A DNA stretch of 64,000 nt from a virus. The stretch lies in the IMG/VR virus record IMGVR_UViG_3300040801_000524, positions 1-64,000 of that record, one strand, 5' to 3'. Below, piece after piece: positions 1 through 7,218 of this stretch. The stretch's first letter is position 1. Each line of letters opens with the position of its first letter. The position numbers and the translations under genes were made by a program. Below the pieces are notes generated by a model. That model saw nothing but the letters and a program-made list of their open reading frames with translations, was not told the origin of the DNA and searched no databases.

Positions 1-63
1 CTTCCTGATCGCATACGGCATTGGTAGCCTGATTGGAATGACCCACGGTGACGGGGAGTAACC

Positions 64-204
64 ATGAAGTACGTGAACAAATTTCTGGATTGGTACCTGA
101 TCAACGAAGAAGGTGAAGGGACCATCGGTATGGCCAACGGCTTCCGGCTGTGGCTTTTGGTGATGGTACCGCTTCTGATTGCCGGATACGCAATCTGGGG
201 TTGA
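64..204 (+). CDS. small hypothetical membrane protein (46 aa)
   Basis: GGGGAG SD then ATG64..TGA204; MKYVNKFLDWYL...LWLLVMVPLLIAGYAIWG with a hydrophobic C-terminus; below the ORF-track cutoff. Confidence 0.6.
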   Translation: MKYVNKFLDWYLINEEGEGTIGMANGFRLWLLVMVPLLIAGYAIWG

Positions 205-230
205 CAAACCGATACCAAGGATGGTAGCAT
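201..230 (+). promoter_or_regulatory. sigma70-like promoter upstream of the tmRNA
   Basis: TTGACA(201-206)-18 nt-TAGCAT(225-230). Confidence 0.55.
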
Positions 231-236
231 ACATAC

Positions 237-615
237 AACGGTGCAGAAATGCCGGTGCCCCACGAAGTGGGTCCCGATGTTGGATCGAATTGCGGTGAGA
301 TTCCGTTAGTAGTACCCAACATACCAATTATGGTGGTATGAAGCTGACGATAGCTTTTCTGGACGGGAGTTCGAATCTCCCCGTCTCCACCAAGAACGCT
401 TTGAGATGCACCGGACTACTTGGGGGTGTGCATACCCCAAGGACAAAGGCCCTTTAGGTGGGCCGTCCGCTTAGAGTGTTCTTGATGGGGACGACACAGG
501 CATTCGACAGGGAAAGGACAATAGGTTGACCACTCGGTGAAGCAAGAGACCGTAACTCTCACGAACTAAAGTAATCGCAAACGATGACTTTTACGGGGTA
601 GCCTTGGCTGCATAA
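237..615 (+). ncRNA. ssrA: circularly permuted (two-piece) tmRNA
   Basis: Acceptor piece ends GGACGGGAGTTCGAATCTCCCCGTCTCCACCA (361-392). Coding piece starts GGGGACG...ATTCGAC at 487. The two form a 7-bp acceptor stem with G3.U70. Tag ORF 577-615 reads ANDDFYGVALAA*. Outer boundaries are approximate. Confidence 0.9.
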
Positions 616-625
616 CCCGCATTGA

Positions 626-670
626 ACGTGCCCTTTGGGCCTGTTGGTTCGATTCCAACCACATCCACCA
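626..670 (+). pseudogene. 3' half of a tRNA-like element (variable arm, T arm, ACCA) without a matching 5' half
   Basis: GCCCTTTGGGC hairpin, GTTGG-TTCGATT-CCAAC T arm, CACATCC-ACCA end; no GGATGTG partner upstream. Confidence 0.55.
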
Positions 671-710
671 ATTCCTACATATTGGATCAACCCACCAAAA
701 GGAATCCAGT

Positions 711-1058
711 ATGCATCATAGACGTGCCCGACAAGTGGCATTGAAGTTGATGAATTTATATCTTGGTCCGTCATGGAAATTTGAGTTCTTTCAAGAAGAT
801 ACGCACTATGCCGACTGTGATGTCGAGAAGTACGTGATAAGGCTTTCAAAGCCAATGTTGGAAGGCGAAACTGAAGACCACGTGCGTGACACGATCCTAC
901 ATGAGATCGCACACGCATTGGCACCACACGATGACGAAAACGAACATTCGCATCGTTGGAAGCGCATTGCTACAGACATCGGGGCACTCCCAGTGTCGCA
1001 CAAGTACAGTAGCAAGACGCACCCGTTCTCATGGAGACGCAAATCCATGGAAGTTTAA
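711..1058 (+). CDS. SprT-like zinc metalloprotease
   Basis: IRLS...TILHEIAHAL...H...WKRIA..IGA pattern (HExxH). Confidence 0.8.
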   Translation: MHHRRARQVALKLMNLYLGPSWKFEFFQEDTHYADCDVEKYVIRLSKPMLEGETEDHVRDTILHEIAHALAPHDDENEHSHRWKRIATDIGALPVSHKYSSKTHPFSWRRKSMEV

Positions 1059-1133
1059 GGCTCGGTAGTCTAACGGTAGGACACCACACTGTCGATGTGG
1101 CTGATGAGGGTTCGAATCCCTTCCGGGTCGCCA
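1059..1133 (+). tRNA. tRNA-Asp(GUC)
   Basis: GGCTCGG/CCGGGTC acceptor, CCACA-CT GTC GA-TGTGG anticodon arm, GTTCGAATC, encoded CCA. Confidence 0.93.
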
Positions 1134-1138
1134 ATTCT

Positions 1139-1214
1139 GTCTCTGTAACATTGTTGGTCAATGTGCCGGGTTGAAATTCCGGAAAAGGTGGTTCGATCCC
1201 ACCCGGGGACACCA
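1139..1214 (+). tRNA. tRNA-Phe(GAA)
   Basis: GTCTCTG/CGGGGAC acceptor, CCGGG-TT GAA AT-TCCGG, GTTCGATC, ACCA end. Confidence 0.9.
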
Positions 1215-1252
1215 GATTTGAATATTACCTTTCGTTGTGATACCATGGTGAT

Positions 1253-1702
1253 ATGAGAAAACCAAACACCAAATGTGTAACATGTGGAAAGCCACTGTAT
1301 AGAAGACCATCTGACTTGAAAAGGTCGAATAATTCATACTGCCAAGAACATCTTGACGATCATTCTCATGCTCGGGAACGTGGGAAGGAAAGGCATAGAA
1401 AGAAGGTGTACGAAGAATATATTGGTAGATGGAAATTAGGAAAAGAGACTGGAATGAAGGGGAAAACTTCTATATCCAATCACATCCGAAAGTACATGTT
1501 TGAGAAATACGATTCAAAGTGTTGTAAGTGCGGTTGGTCTGAAACAAATCGGGTGACCGGGTTGATACCACTTGAAATCAACCACATTGATGGTATCCAC
1601 ACTCATAACCACGAAGACAATCTTGAATTGTTGTGTCCAAACTGTCACAGTCTGACAAAAAATTTCAGATCGTTGAATAATGGCAACGGTCGCACAAGAT
1701 AA
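1253..1702 (+). CDS. HNH homing endonuclease with N-terminal zinc ribbon
   Basis: CxxC N-terminus; CCKCGW...LEINHIDG..HN..DNLELLCPNCH; AT-richer than neighbours; inserted between tRNAs. Confidence 0.9.
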   Translation: MRKPNTKCVTCGKPLYRRPSDLKRSNNSYCQEHLDDHSHARERGKERHRKKVYEEYIGRWKLGKETGMKGKTSISNHIRKYMFEKYDSKCCKCGWSETNRVTGLIPLEINHIDGIHTHNHEDNLELLCPNCHSLTKNFRSLNNGNGRTR

Positions 1703-1802
1703 GGAAGGGTTAGCCGAAAGATTCTGGGTAGCGGCAACTGTCTTGAAAACAGTCGGTCCACGTGAGTGGATGTCGGGGTTCGAATCCACCGTCCTTCCGC
1801 CA
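1703..1802 (+). tRNA. tRNA-Ser(UGA) with enlarged D-loop
   Basis: GGAAGGG/TCCTTCC acceptor, ACTGT-CT TGA AA-ACAGT, long variable arm, GCCA end. Confidence 0.85.
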
Positions 1803-1937
1803 ATTTAGGGTCGAGGAATTCCGGTAATGGGTTTTGGCATGCTCGCCCACGGGTGGAGTGGATAAAAACAGTAGCCAAATCAAAGAACAGTGTTCGCCAA
1901 CCCGACATGAATCAAACGATTCAATTTCAGAAAAATG

Positions 1938-1966
1938 TTGCACTTTTCCTGAAAATGTCCGATACT
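1938..1966 (+). promoter_or_regulatory. sigma70-like early promoter
   Basis: A-rich upstream tract, TTGCAC-17 nt-GATACT. Confidence 0.6.
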
Positions 1967-2004
1967 ATGGTTGTGGGTTGAGACAACTGAGTGAGGAAAA
2001 AATC

Positions 2005-2325
2005 ATGGGTCTTCGAGTTTCGGTTTATCGCAGTAGCCTTGGGGATTGCACCAACGGTGGTGTGTCTTCCCGAGTCAACAATCTGACCGTGGTCAATGCT
2101 GACGGTCCCTTCGATCCTTCTGAGGATGCACCGGCTGCCAAGCTGGTTGTGGGTCCATACGACACCATTCGCCTTGTGCCGGTCGATCTTCTTGAGACCA
2201 ACGCATGGGTCATGTTCGGTGGAAATCTCGCTGCAACGTCTGACAGCCGCTTTGGTGAGGCCATCGAGAAGTTGGGTGGTGACCGCTTTGCCGCTGCCGT
2301 CAAAATCTTCGACCGGGTGGAGTGA
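2005..2325 (+). CDS. hypothetical phage protein
   Basis: GAGG SD, ATG2005 (MGLRVSVYRSSLGDCTNGGVSS...), phage-typical codon usage. Confidence 0.75.
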   Translation: MGLRVSVYRSSLGDCTNGGVSSRVNNLTVVNADGPFDPSEDAPAAKLVVGPYDTIRLVPVDLLETNAWVMFGGNLAATSDSRFGEAIEKLGGDRFAAAVKIFDRVE

Positions 2326-2326
2326 G

Positions 2327-2833
2327 ATGAACATCTACACAGAGTGGGATGATGGTGACGATGGTAAAATCTACATCGTTGACAATGAAGCCGGGGAAGT
2401 ATCCATCGAAGTTGAATCAAACTACGTGTGTTTCAACGATGCTGAAGAATTGATGGACTTCTTGGACGACTTTATGGAATACGCTGCCGACCGGTCTCCC
2501 CCGGTTGGTGATGATGAAGACATCGAATCAGAATGTAGTTTCCGTCACAGGATTGGATTTGATTGGTCGAATATGTGGCAGACTGAACAGGGTGACATCT
2601 TCATCGAATTTCAGAAAAGGGGAACGAGTAAAAGTCCATCATTGACCATCTACGAAGGTGGTGACTTTGATGGGTTCACGATCAGTCAAATGAATGGAAC
2701 GTTCACCCTGACCAACGATATTGAAGTATTTCAATTCGCATTGGCTATCAATCGATTCTTCGATTACTATCAACTGAAACTACCCCTGTTACCAACTGGA
2801 CAGGAAGCCGCAACAAGGCCGGACGATGCTTGA
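2327..2833 (+). CDS. acidic hypothetical protein
   Basis: GGAG SD, ATG2327 (MNIYTEWDDG...), abuts the previous gene. Confidence 0.7.
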   Translation: MNIYTEWDDGDDGKIYIVDNEAGEVSIEVESNYVCFNDAEELMDFLDDFMEYAADRSPPVGDDEDIESECSFRHRIGFDWSNMWQTEQGDIFIEFQKRGTSKSPSLTIYEGGDFDGFTISQMNGTFTLTNDIEVFQFALAINRFFDYYQLKLPLLPTGQEAATRPDDA

Positions 2834-3071
2834 ACGTAGACGCAAGCCGGGACTGGGTACCTACAACGGTACCCGGGCCGAATGGAAGGAAGCGTGGAGA
2901 CTCGCACGGGTGCGCAAGGCCCGGGGGGACGGACCAGACGAAACCGGTACCAGCCTCGAATGGAAGGCCGACCTGATCGTGAACTACGAACGACAGGAAC
3001 CCCGGTACCATTCGCCAGCGTGCAACCTTGCTGCCCGGAAGATCATTGAACAGATTCTTGCCGAAACGTAA
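2826..3071 (+). CDS. hypothetical protein
   Basis: overlaps the previous stop; operon-like arrangement. Confidence 0.65.
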   Translation: MLERRRKPGLGTYNGTRAEWKEAWRLARVRKARGDGPDETGTSLEWKADLIVNYERQEPRYHSPACNLAARKIIEQILAET

Positions 3072-3122
3072 TGTGACATATATGACGCATTAAGCCGGTT
3101 TATGTGCTATAAAGCGCACATT

Positions 3123-3151
3123 TTGACGACTTATCCGCAATTGCGTATAAT
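3123..3151 (+). promoter_or_regulatory. near-consensus sigma70 promoter
   Basis: TTGACG-17 nt-TATAAT in an intergenic gap. Confidence 0.75.
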
Positions 3152-3179
3152 GACCGTTTATCGGATATAGGAATATATC

Positions 3180-3380
3180 ATGCCACTGCCACTACATGAG
3201 ATCAAGCACAACCACTCGGATGGCCTACGCAAGGCCAGCTACGAACGTGACAAGTACGGTGCCCGGTTGGGTACATGTCGGAACGGGTACCAGTGGTCCA
3301 GCATGGAAGTTGACAGGGAATTCCTGATCGTGCTACAGTCGATCATCGAACAAGCATTACAGGACCCCGGACTTGAGTGA
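3180..3380 (+). CDS. hypothetical protein
   Basis: AGGA SD directly downstream of the promoter. Confidence 0.65.
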   Translation: MPLPLHEIKHNHSDGLRKASYERDKYGARLGTCRNGYQWSSMEVDREFLIVLQSIIEQALQDPGLE

Positions 3381-3924
3381 ACGCTTCCATAAACCATTCG
3401 AAGGTGACATCCATTCGGTAACCGACAAACCCGGACGTGACCTTGTAGCCACGTTCTTGTCGAACCAAGGTGCTGATGTACGTCCGCACCCGGACGACTA
3501 TGACATCGATCTACAGGTGTTCAAACCGGGTACCGACATCCTGATTGCCGAAGCTGAAGTTGAAGTTCGGGTTTCGTGGACTGATCACGAATACATGGAA
3601 GAACGGTGGGGACCATACCTTCACGTTCCCACACGCAAAGAGAAGTTCCTTGACGGGGATGTCCCGTTCATGTTTTTCAGCATCAACCGGAACCTTACCG
3701 GTATGCTATGGTGTTTCGGGAAGACCATCAAGGAATCCCGGATCGGTCGGAACATGAAACAGAAGAAATACTTCAATGAGAAGTTCTTCAAGGTGGAATG
3801 GACCAAGATGAACTGGACAGACCTTCAAGCCGAAGGAATCCAGATTCCGGACTATGAACAGTACCTTCGGGACGTTGACGAACTGGAACGTGCGAAGGGT
3901 TGGGGGAAGTACAAGCATGCGTAA
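3373..3924 (+). CDS. putative PD-(D/E)XK-fold nuclease-like protein
   Basis: PDDYDIDL...EAEVEVR spacing resembles the restriction-endonuclease fold; TTG start with AGGA SD. Confidence 0.45.
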   Translation: MSERFHKPFEGDIHSVTDKPGRDLVATFLSNQGADVRPHPDDYDIDLQVFKPGTDILIAEAEVEVRVSWTDHEYMEERWGPYLHVPTRKEKFLDGDVPFMFFSINRNLTGMLWCFGKTIKESRIGRNMKQKKYFNEKFFKVEWTKMNWTDLQAEGIQIPDYEQYLRDVDELERAKGWGKYKHA

Positions 3925-4114
3925 AGTCTACCTGAGAGACCTGAAGCCGTTCTTTCAGAAGAATCGGTGGGCACTGAGACCAGTATCCGTCTTGTTGCTT
4001 CTCTTCGTGGCATGGTGGCTTGTACCAGCCGTGGTTTTGTGGGAGAATCGCAGAGAAGTGTTCAATGCAATCGAAGACCTGTGGGCAATGGTCTGGACGA
4101 AACCGATAGAATAG
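3917..4114 (+). CDS. small membrane protein
   Basis: ATG3917; hydrophobic stretch VSVLLLLFVAWWLVPAVVLW. Confidence 0.6.
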   Translation: MRKVYLRDLKPFFQKNRWALRPVSVLLLLFVAWWLVPAVVLWENRREVFNAIEDLWAMVWTKPIE

Positions 4115-4205
4115 GGTAGGGTGTCTGAGTGGTCTAAGGTGCCCGGTTGCTAACCGGTGTGGACCCTAACCGGTCCCGTGGGTTCGAATCCCACCCCTAC
4201 CGCCA
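4115..4205 (+). tRNA. tRNA-Ser(GCU)
   Basis: GGTAGGG/CCCTACC, CCGG-TT GCT AA-CCGG, long variable arm, GCCA. Confidence 0.93.
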
Positions 4206-4220
4206 ATTATTGAGGTTGAT

Positions 4221-4571
4221 ATGAGTCTGGAAGATTGGTTCGAAGATGTACCACAAGAAGGTCCCGTGGTCGATAAGAATGCCATCAAGGCCCTGATCAA
4301 GCGCAGACGCCTTCAGATGGTGTATCACAGCTACATATACTACAGACTTGACAACAACATCGTTTCAGACGATACTTGGCAGAAATGGGCAGATGAATTG
4401 ACGCATCTGCAACAGGAACACCCTGATTGCTGCAAGATCAACTGCTACGACAAAGAATTTGAAGGTTGGGATGGTGCGACAGGCATGCATCTCCCGGCCA
4501 CGGGGCATGAACGAATGAAGGCCGAGTACCTTGTTGAGATTGCCCAAAAGTACAATGCATCGGTGGTGTAA
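4221..4571 (+). CDS. stand-alone NAD-dependent DNA ligase domain Ia-like protein
   Basis: YHSYIYYRLDNNIVSDDTWQKWADEL..LQQEHP matches the LigA N-terminal motif HxYxYYxxDxPxxSDxxYDxLxxELxxLExxHP; no adenylation domain. Confidence 0.7.
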   Translation: MSLEDWFEDVPQEGPVVDKNAIKALIKRRRLQMVYHSYIYYRLDNNIVSDDTWQKWADELTHLQQEHPDCCKINCYDKEFEGWDGATGMHLPATGHERMKAEYLVEIAQKYNASVV

Positions 4572-4630
4572 AGGCAACACAGCGGTCTCCAAAACCGTTA
4601 ATTGGGGTTCGAGTCCCTACCGGTGTGCCA
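4557..4630 (+). tRNA. tRNA-Trp(CCA)
   Basis: GCATCGG/CCGGTGT, GCGGT-CT CCA AA-ACCGT, GTTCGAGTC, GCCA. Confidence 0.9.
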
Positions 4631-4820
4631 AATTGGAACTGACGGATCGTGGTGGATCGTACTCAAAAAGCGCATGGAGTACGCACGTGAAGGTGAATCC
4701 CAATAAAGGTGGACAACATAGTTTTGGGGGGTTTTCTCCACCCTGTTCCGGAACGGCTTATCCAAGGCTGTGAAGAGATCAGCGCAACCCCCACGAATTT
4801 CAACATGACTGGTGAGGATA

Positions 4821-5126
4821 ATGTGTGAAAACGGAAAGTTAGAACCGGTGATCGACCGTGATAGGCTTTTCAAGTTGGTTGATGAAATCAGCAACAAGAA
4901 ACTTGATCTTGAAGTGGGATCATATCGAGATGCCGCAACAATTCAGTCTCAGGCAAACCATATTGCCGCACTGATAAAGAAGGTTGATAGACTCGAATCA
5001 GCGATCAAAGAACATGCCGCAAATTTCCCAGACGAACCCCTTAGTGGTGAAGTGAAACTCTGGAAAACGGTCGGTATCGAGGTATCAACGTTTCACGGAC
5101 GCTTTCAAAATCCAAACCGTCAATAG
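4821..5126 (+). CDS. hypothetical coiled-coil protein
   Basis: GAGG SD then ATG4821. Confidence 0.6.
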   Translation: MCENGKLEPVIDRDRLFKLVDEISNKKLDLEVGSYRDAATIQSQANHIAALIKKVDRLESAIKEHAANFPDEPLSGEVKLWKTVGIEVSTFHGRFQNPNRQ

Positions 5127-5134
5127 ACAACAAT

Positions 5135-5210
5135 AGCCCTGTGGTGTAAGCTGGCAACACATCTGACTTTGACTCAGACATTTCAGGTTCGAACCCTGAC
5201 GGGGCTGCCA
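5135..5210 (+). tRNA. tRNA-Gln(UUG)
   Basis: AGCCCTG/CGGGGCT, TCTGA-CT TTG AC-TCAGA, GCCA. Confidence 0.93.
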
Positions 5211-5225
5211 TTTTAGGAGTACATT

Positions 5226-5468
5226 ATGATCGGTGACTTCCAACACTTCATCGTGTTCTGGCACGATGGTTCAAATTATCCGGACAGCATCGTTGGTCTG
5301 GATCACATGGCACACGTTGGTGACATCTTCGATGCCCTGACACACTTCACATCGACCGTGGCCCCTTCATTGGGTCTCAAGAACGAAGAATGCCGCATGG
5401 TCCAGATGGATCGTAATACGGTACTCAAAATGTGGTTCGGGGGTGAAGAGAATGTATCTGGAAATTAG
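5226..5468 (+). CDS. hypothetical protein
   Basis: AGGAG SD, ATG5226. Confidence 0.7.
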   Translation: MIGDFQHFIVFWHDGSNYPDSIVGLDHMAHVGDIFDALTHFTSTVAPSLGLKNEECRMVQMDRNTVLKMWFGGEENVSGN

Positions 5469-5997
5469 CCCCCGACAATCCGGCAAGACCAAGCGGATGA
5501 TCGATGCCATTCTGGCCCACGTGTCGGCCGGAAATGTGGCATACGTCCAGACTCACAGCGAACACTACTTTCGGGACATGTTGAACTCCCGACTGAAGCC
5601 GAAGTTGCACATGACGGCCAAACACAAGAACATCGTGTTCCTTCGTGATGAAGACCATTTCACTCAACTGAGACGTGGTATGGTTCACTTCGAAGACCGG
5701 CCACGGGTGTTTGCCGATGAAGTTGATTTCGTTGGGGATCGGTTGGTTCTCAACCCACAAGGGTACTACTGTGGTACCCCTAAATATCAGCGAACACAGA
5801 AAGACATCGTTCTCTGGATGATGGGTGAACGGGTTGACAAGTTGCTGGATGCCATCGAAATGAATGGTGGAAAGCACGAATCATATTCTCCGTTCAACAT
5901 GTTCATGAACCGGACTATTGCCGACATCAAGTCGATGCGGATGTGTATGTCCAAAGAACAGTACCAGAACGAAGTCTTCGGATCGATTTACGGGTAG
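5452..5997 (+). CDS. small terminase-like P-loop ATPase (ATPase domain only)
   Basis: PRQSGKT Walker A, VFADE Walker B, CGTP motif, C-terminal EQYQNEVFG resembling the terminase FxQEY segment. Confidence 0.65.
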   Translation: MYLEISPRQSGKTKRMIDAILAHVSAGNVAYVQTHSEHYFRDMLNSRLKPKLHMTAKHKNIVFLRDEDHFTQLRRGMVHFEDRPRVFADEVDFVGDRLVLNPQGYYCGTPKYQRTQKDIVLWMMGERVDKLLDAIEMNGGKHESYSPFNMFMNRTIADIKSMRMCMSKEQYQNEVFGSIYG

Positions 5998-6082
5998 GTT
6001 GGCAGAGTGGTCGATTGCGCACGCTTGGAAAGCGTGTGGACCCTAACGGGTTCCGTGAGTTCGAATCTCACACCTACCACCA
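5993..6082 (+). tRNA. tRNA-Ser(GGA)
   Basis: GGTAGGT/ACCTACC, CACGC-TT GGA AA-GCGTG, long variable arm, ACCA. Confidence 0.92.
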
Positions 6083-6084
6083 AT

Positions 6085-6113
6085 TTGACACACGTATATA
6101 CGTATGTTATACT
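6085..6113 (+). promoter_or_regulatory. strong sigma70 promoter with palindromic spacer
   Basis: TTGACA-17 nt-TATACT with extended TG; ACGTATATACGT palindrome in the spacer. Confidence 0.8.
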
Positions 6114-6141
6114 CTCATTGTGAAGTGATGGGAGTATAACT

Positions 6142-6315
6142 ATGCGTGCAAACGGTACCTTCATTCAGAAGGTTGAAGAGAAGATTGCCAAGATGCGCAA
6201 GGACGATGCCATATCGTATTTGCGTGGAACAGTGAACAAAGGGTTCAACGGCAGTGTGAACAACGCTACCACCATAGCCCTTGAGAAGATTCTTGAACGA
6301 GTGAGGGGTTCATAA
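6142..6315 (+). CDS. small hypothetical protein (57 aa)
   Basis: GGGAG SD, MRANGTFIQKVEEKIAK...ERVRGS*, TAATG overlap with the next gene; missing from the ORF track. Confidence 0.7.
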   Translation: MRANGTFIQKVEEKIAKMRKDDAISYLRGTVNKGFNGSVNNATTIALEKILERVRGS

Positions 6316-6629
6316 TGGCAAGGGCAAAGGTAACACACAGTCAAGATGGTGTGACGATCACGTTCCGTGGAGACCCAAAGTCTCCGGAACCGTCAACCGG
6401 GGTGATCCGATTCCCCGGGGGACATGTTGAAGTGACCCGCTGTACCGATGGTACGTACTGGGCACATTTGGAAGTCGATGAACCGGCCAACACGGTTGAC
6501 AGCCGGATCGACCACGATTACGAAGGCTACCGAAAGATGAACGGGCAAATCCCCGATCTTCCGGAAGCCAATCATGTGAAAAAGATCGCTATCCGGGTCG
6601 ATGGACCATTCAGGGAGAACGGTCAATGA
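6315..6629 (+). CDS. hypothetical phage protein
   Basis: translationally coupled ORF with GAGG SD. Confidence 0.7.
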   Translation: MARAKVTHSQDGVTITFRGDPKSPEPSTGVIRFPGGHVEVTRCTDGTYWAHLEVDEPANTVDSRIDHDYEGYRKMNGQIPDLPEANHVKKIAIRVDGPFRENGQ

Positions 6630-6645
6630 AGTAAAGGGGGTTCCT

Positions 6646-7113
6646 GTGTTTACCGAAAAGCAGAAAGAAGAAATCATGGACTACCTGATCGAAACACCGG
6701 GTTCGATCTACCTTGGCTGTGACTCAGTGAAGTACAAAAAAGGTGGACGCTGGTATGCAAGATATGCTACAGTTTTGGTTGTCCACATTGAGGACCGTCA
6801 TGGTTGCAAAGTCTTCGGATACATCGAACATGAACCAGACCATGACGACAAGGAAGACAAGCCCCGTCTTCGTCTGATGAACGAAGTGTACAAGGTTGCT
6901 GAATGCTACCTTGCCTTCGGTGAACTATTCGAAGACCGCAATGTCGAAATTCACCTTGACGTGAACCCGAAGGAAGAACACGCTTCTTCTGCTGTGGTGA
7001 AGCAAGCCGTTGGTTACATCTTGGGTGTGACCGGCATACAACCGCTGATCAAGCCTCAAGCGTTCGCTGCATCCTATGCGGCCGATGCCGGGGCAAGAAA
7101 GGACTTGTACTGA
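6646..7113 (+). CDS. RNase H-like YkuK/DUF458 family protein
   Basis: IYLGCDS...ATVLVVH...RLMNEV...EIHLDVN...AASYAAD; GTG start inferred from the AAGGGG SD. Confidence 0.85.
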   Translation: MFTEKQKEEIMDYLIETPGSIYLGCDSVKYKKGGRWYARYATVLVVHIEDRHGCKVFGYIEHEPDHDDKEDKPRLRLMNEVYKVAECYLAFGELFEDRNVEIHLDVNPKEEHASSAVVKQAVGYILGVTGIQPLIKPQAFAASYAADAGARKDLY

Positions 7114-7119
7114 TTCTAT

Positions 7120-7198
7120 GGTGTGTGTAGCATAATTGGAGTAATGCCCCTGACTGTGACTCAGGTAGATGCCAGTTCGATTCTGGTCACACACCCCA
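7120..7198 (+). tRNA. tRNA-His(GUG)
   Basis: G-1/C73 pair, GTGTGTG/CACACAC, CCTGA-CT GTG AC-TCAGG, CCA. Confidence 0.93.
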
Positions 7199-7218
7199 AA
7201 CAACGTGAGGATGAAACA

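Noticed and set aside
487-670. One-piece mini-tmRNA from GGGG487 to ACCA670
   Set aside because: The acceptor stem would have three mismatches, whereas pairing with 382-388 is complete
1703-1802. Selenocysteine or suppressor tRNA because of its length and TGA
   Set aside because: The anticodon is UGA (reads Ser UCA), not UCA, and the acceptor stem is a normal 7 bp
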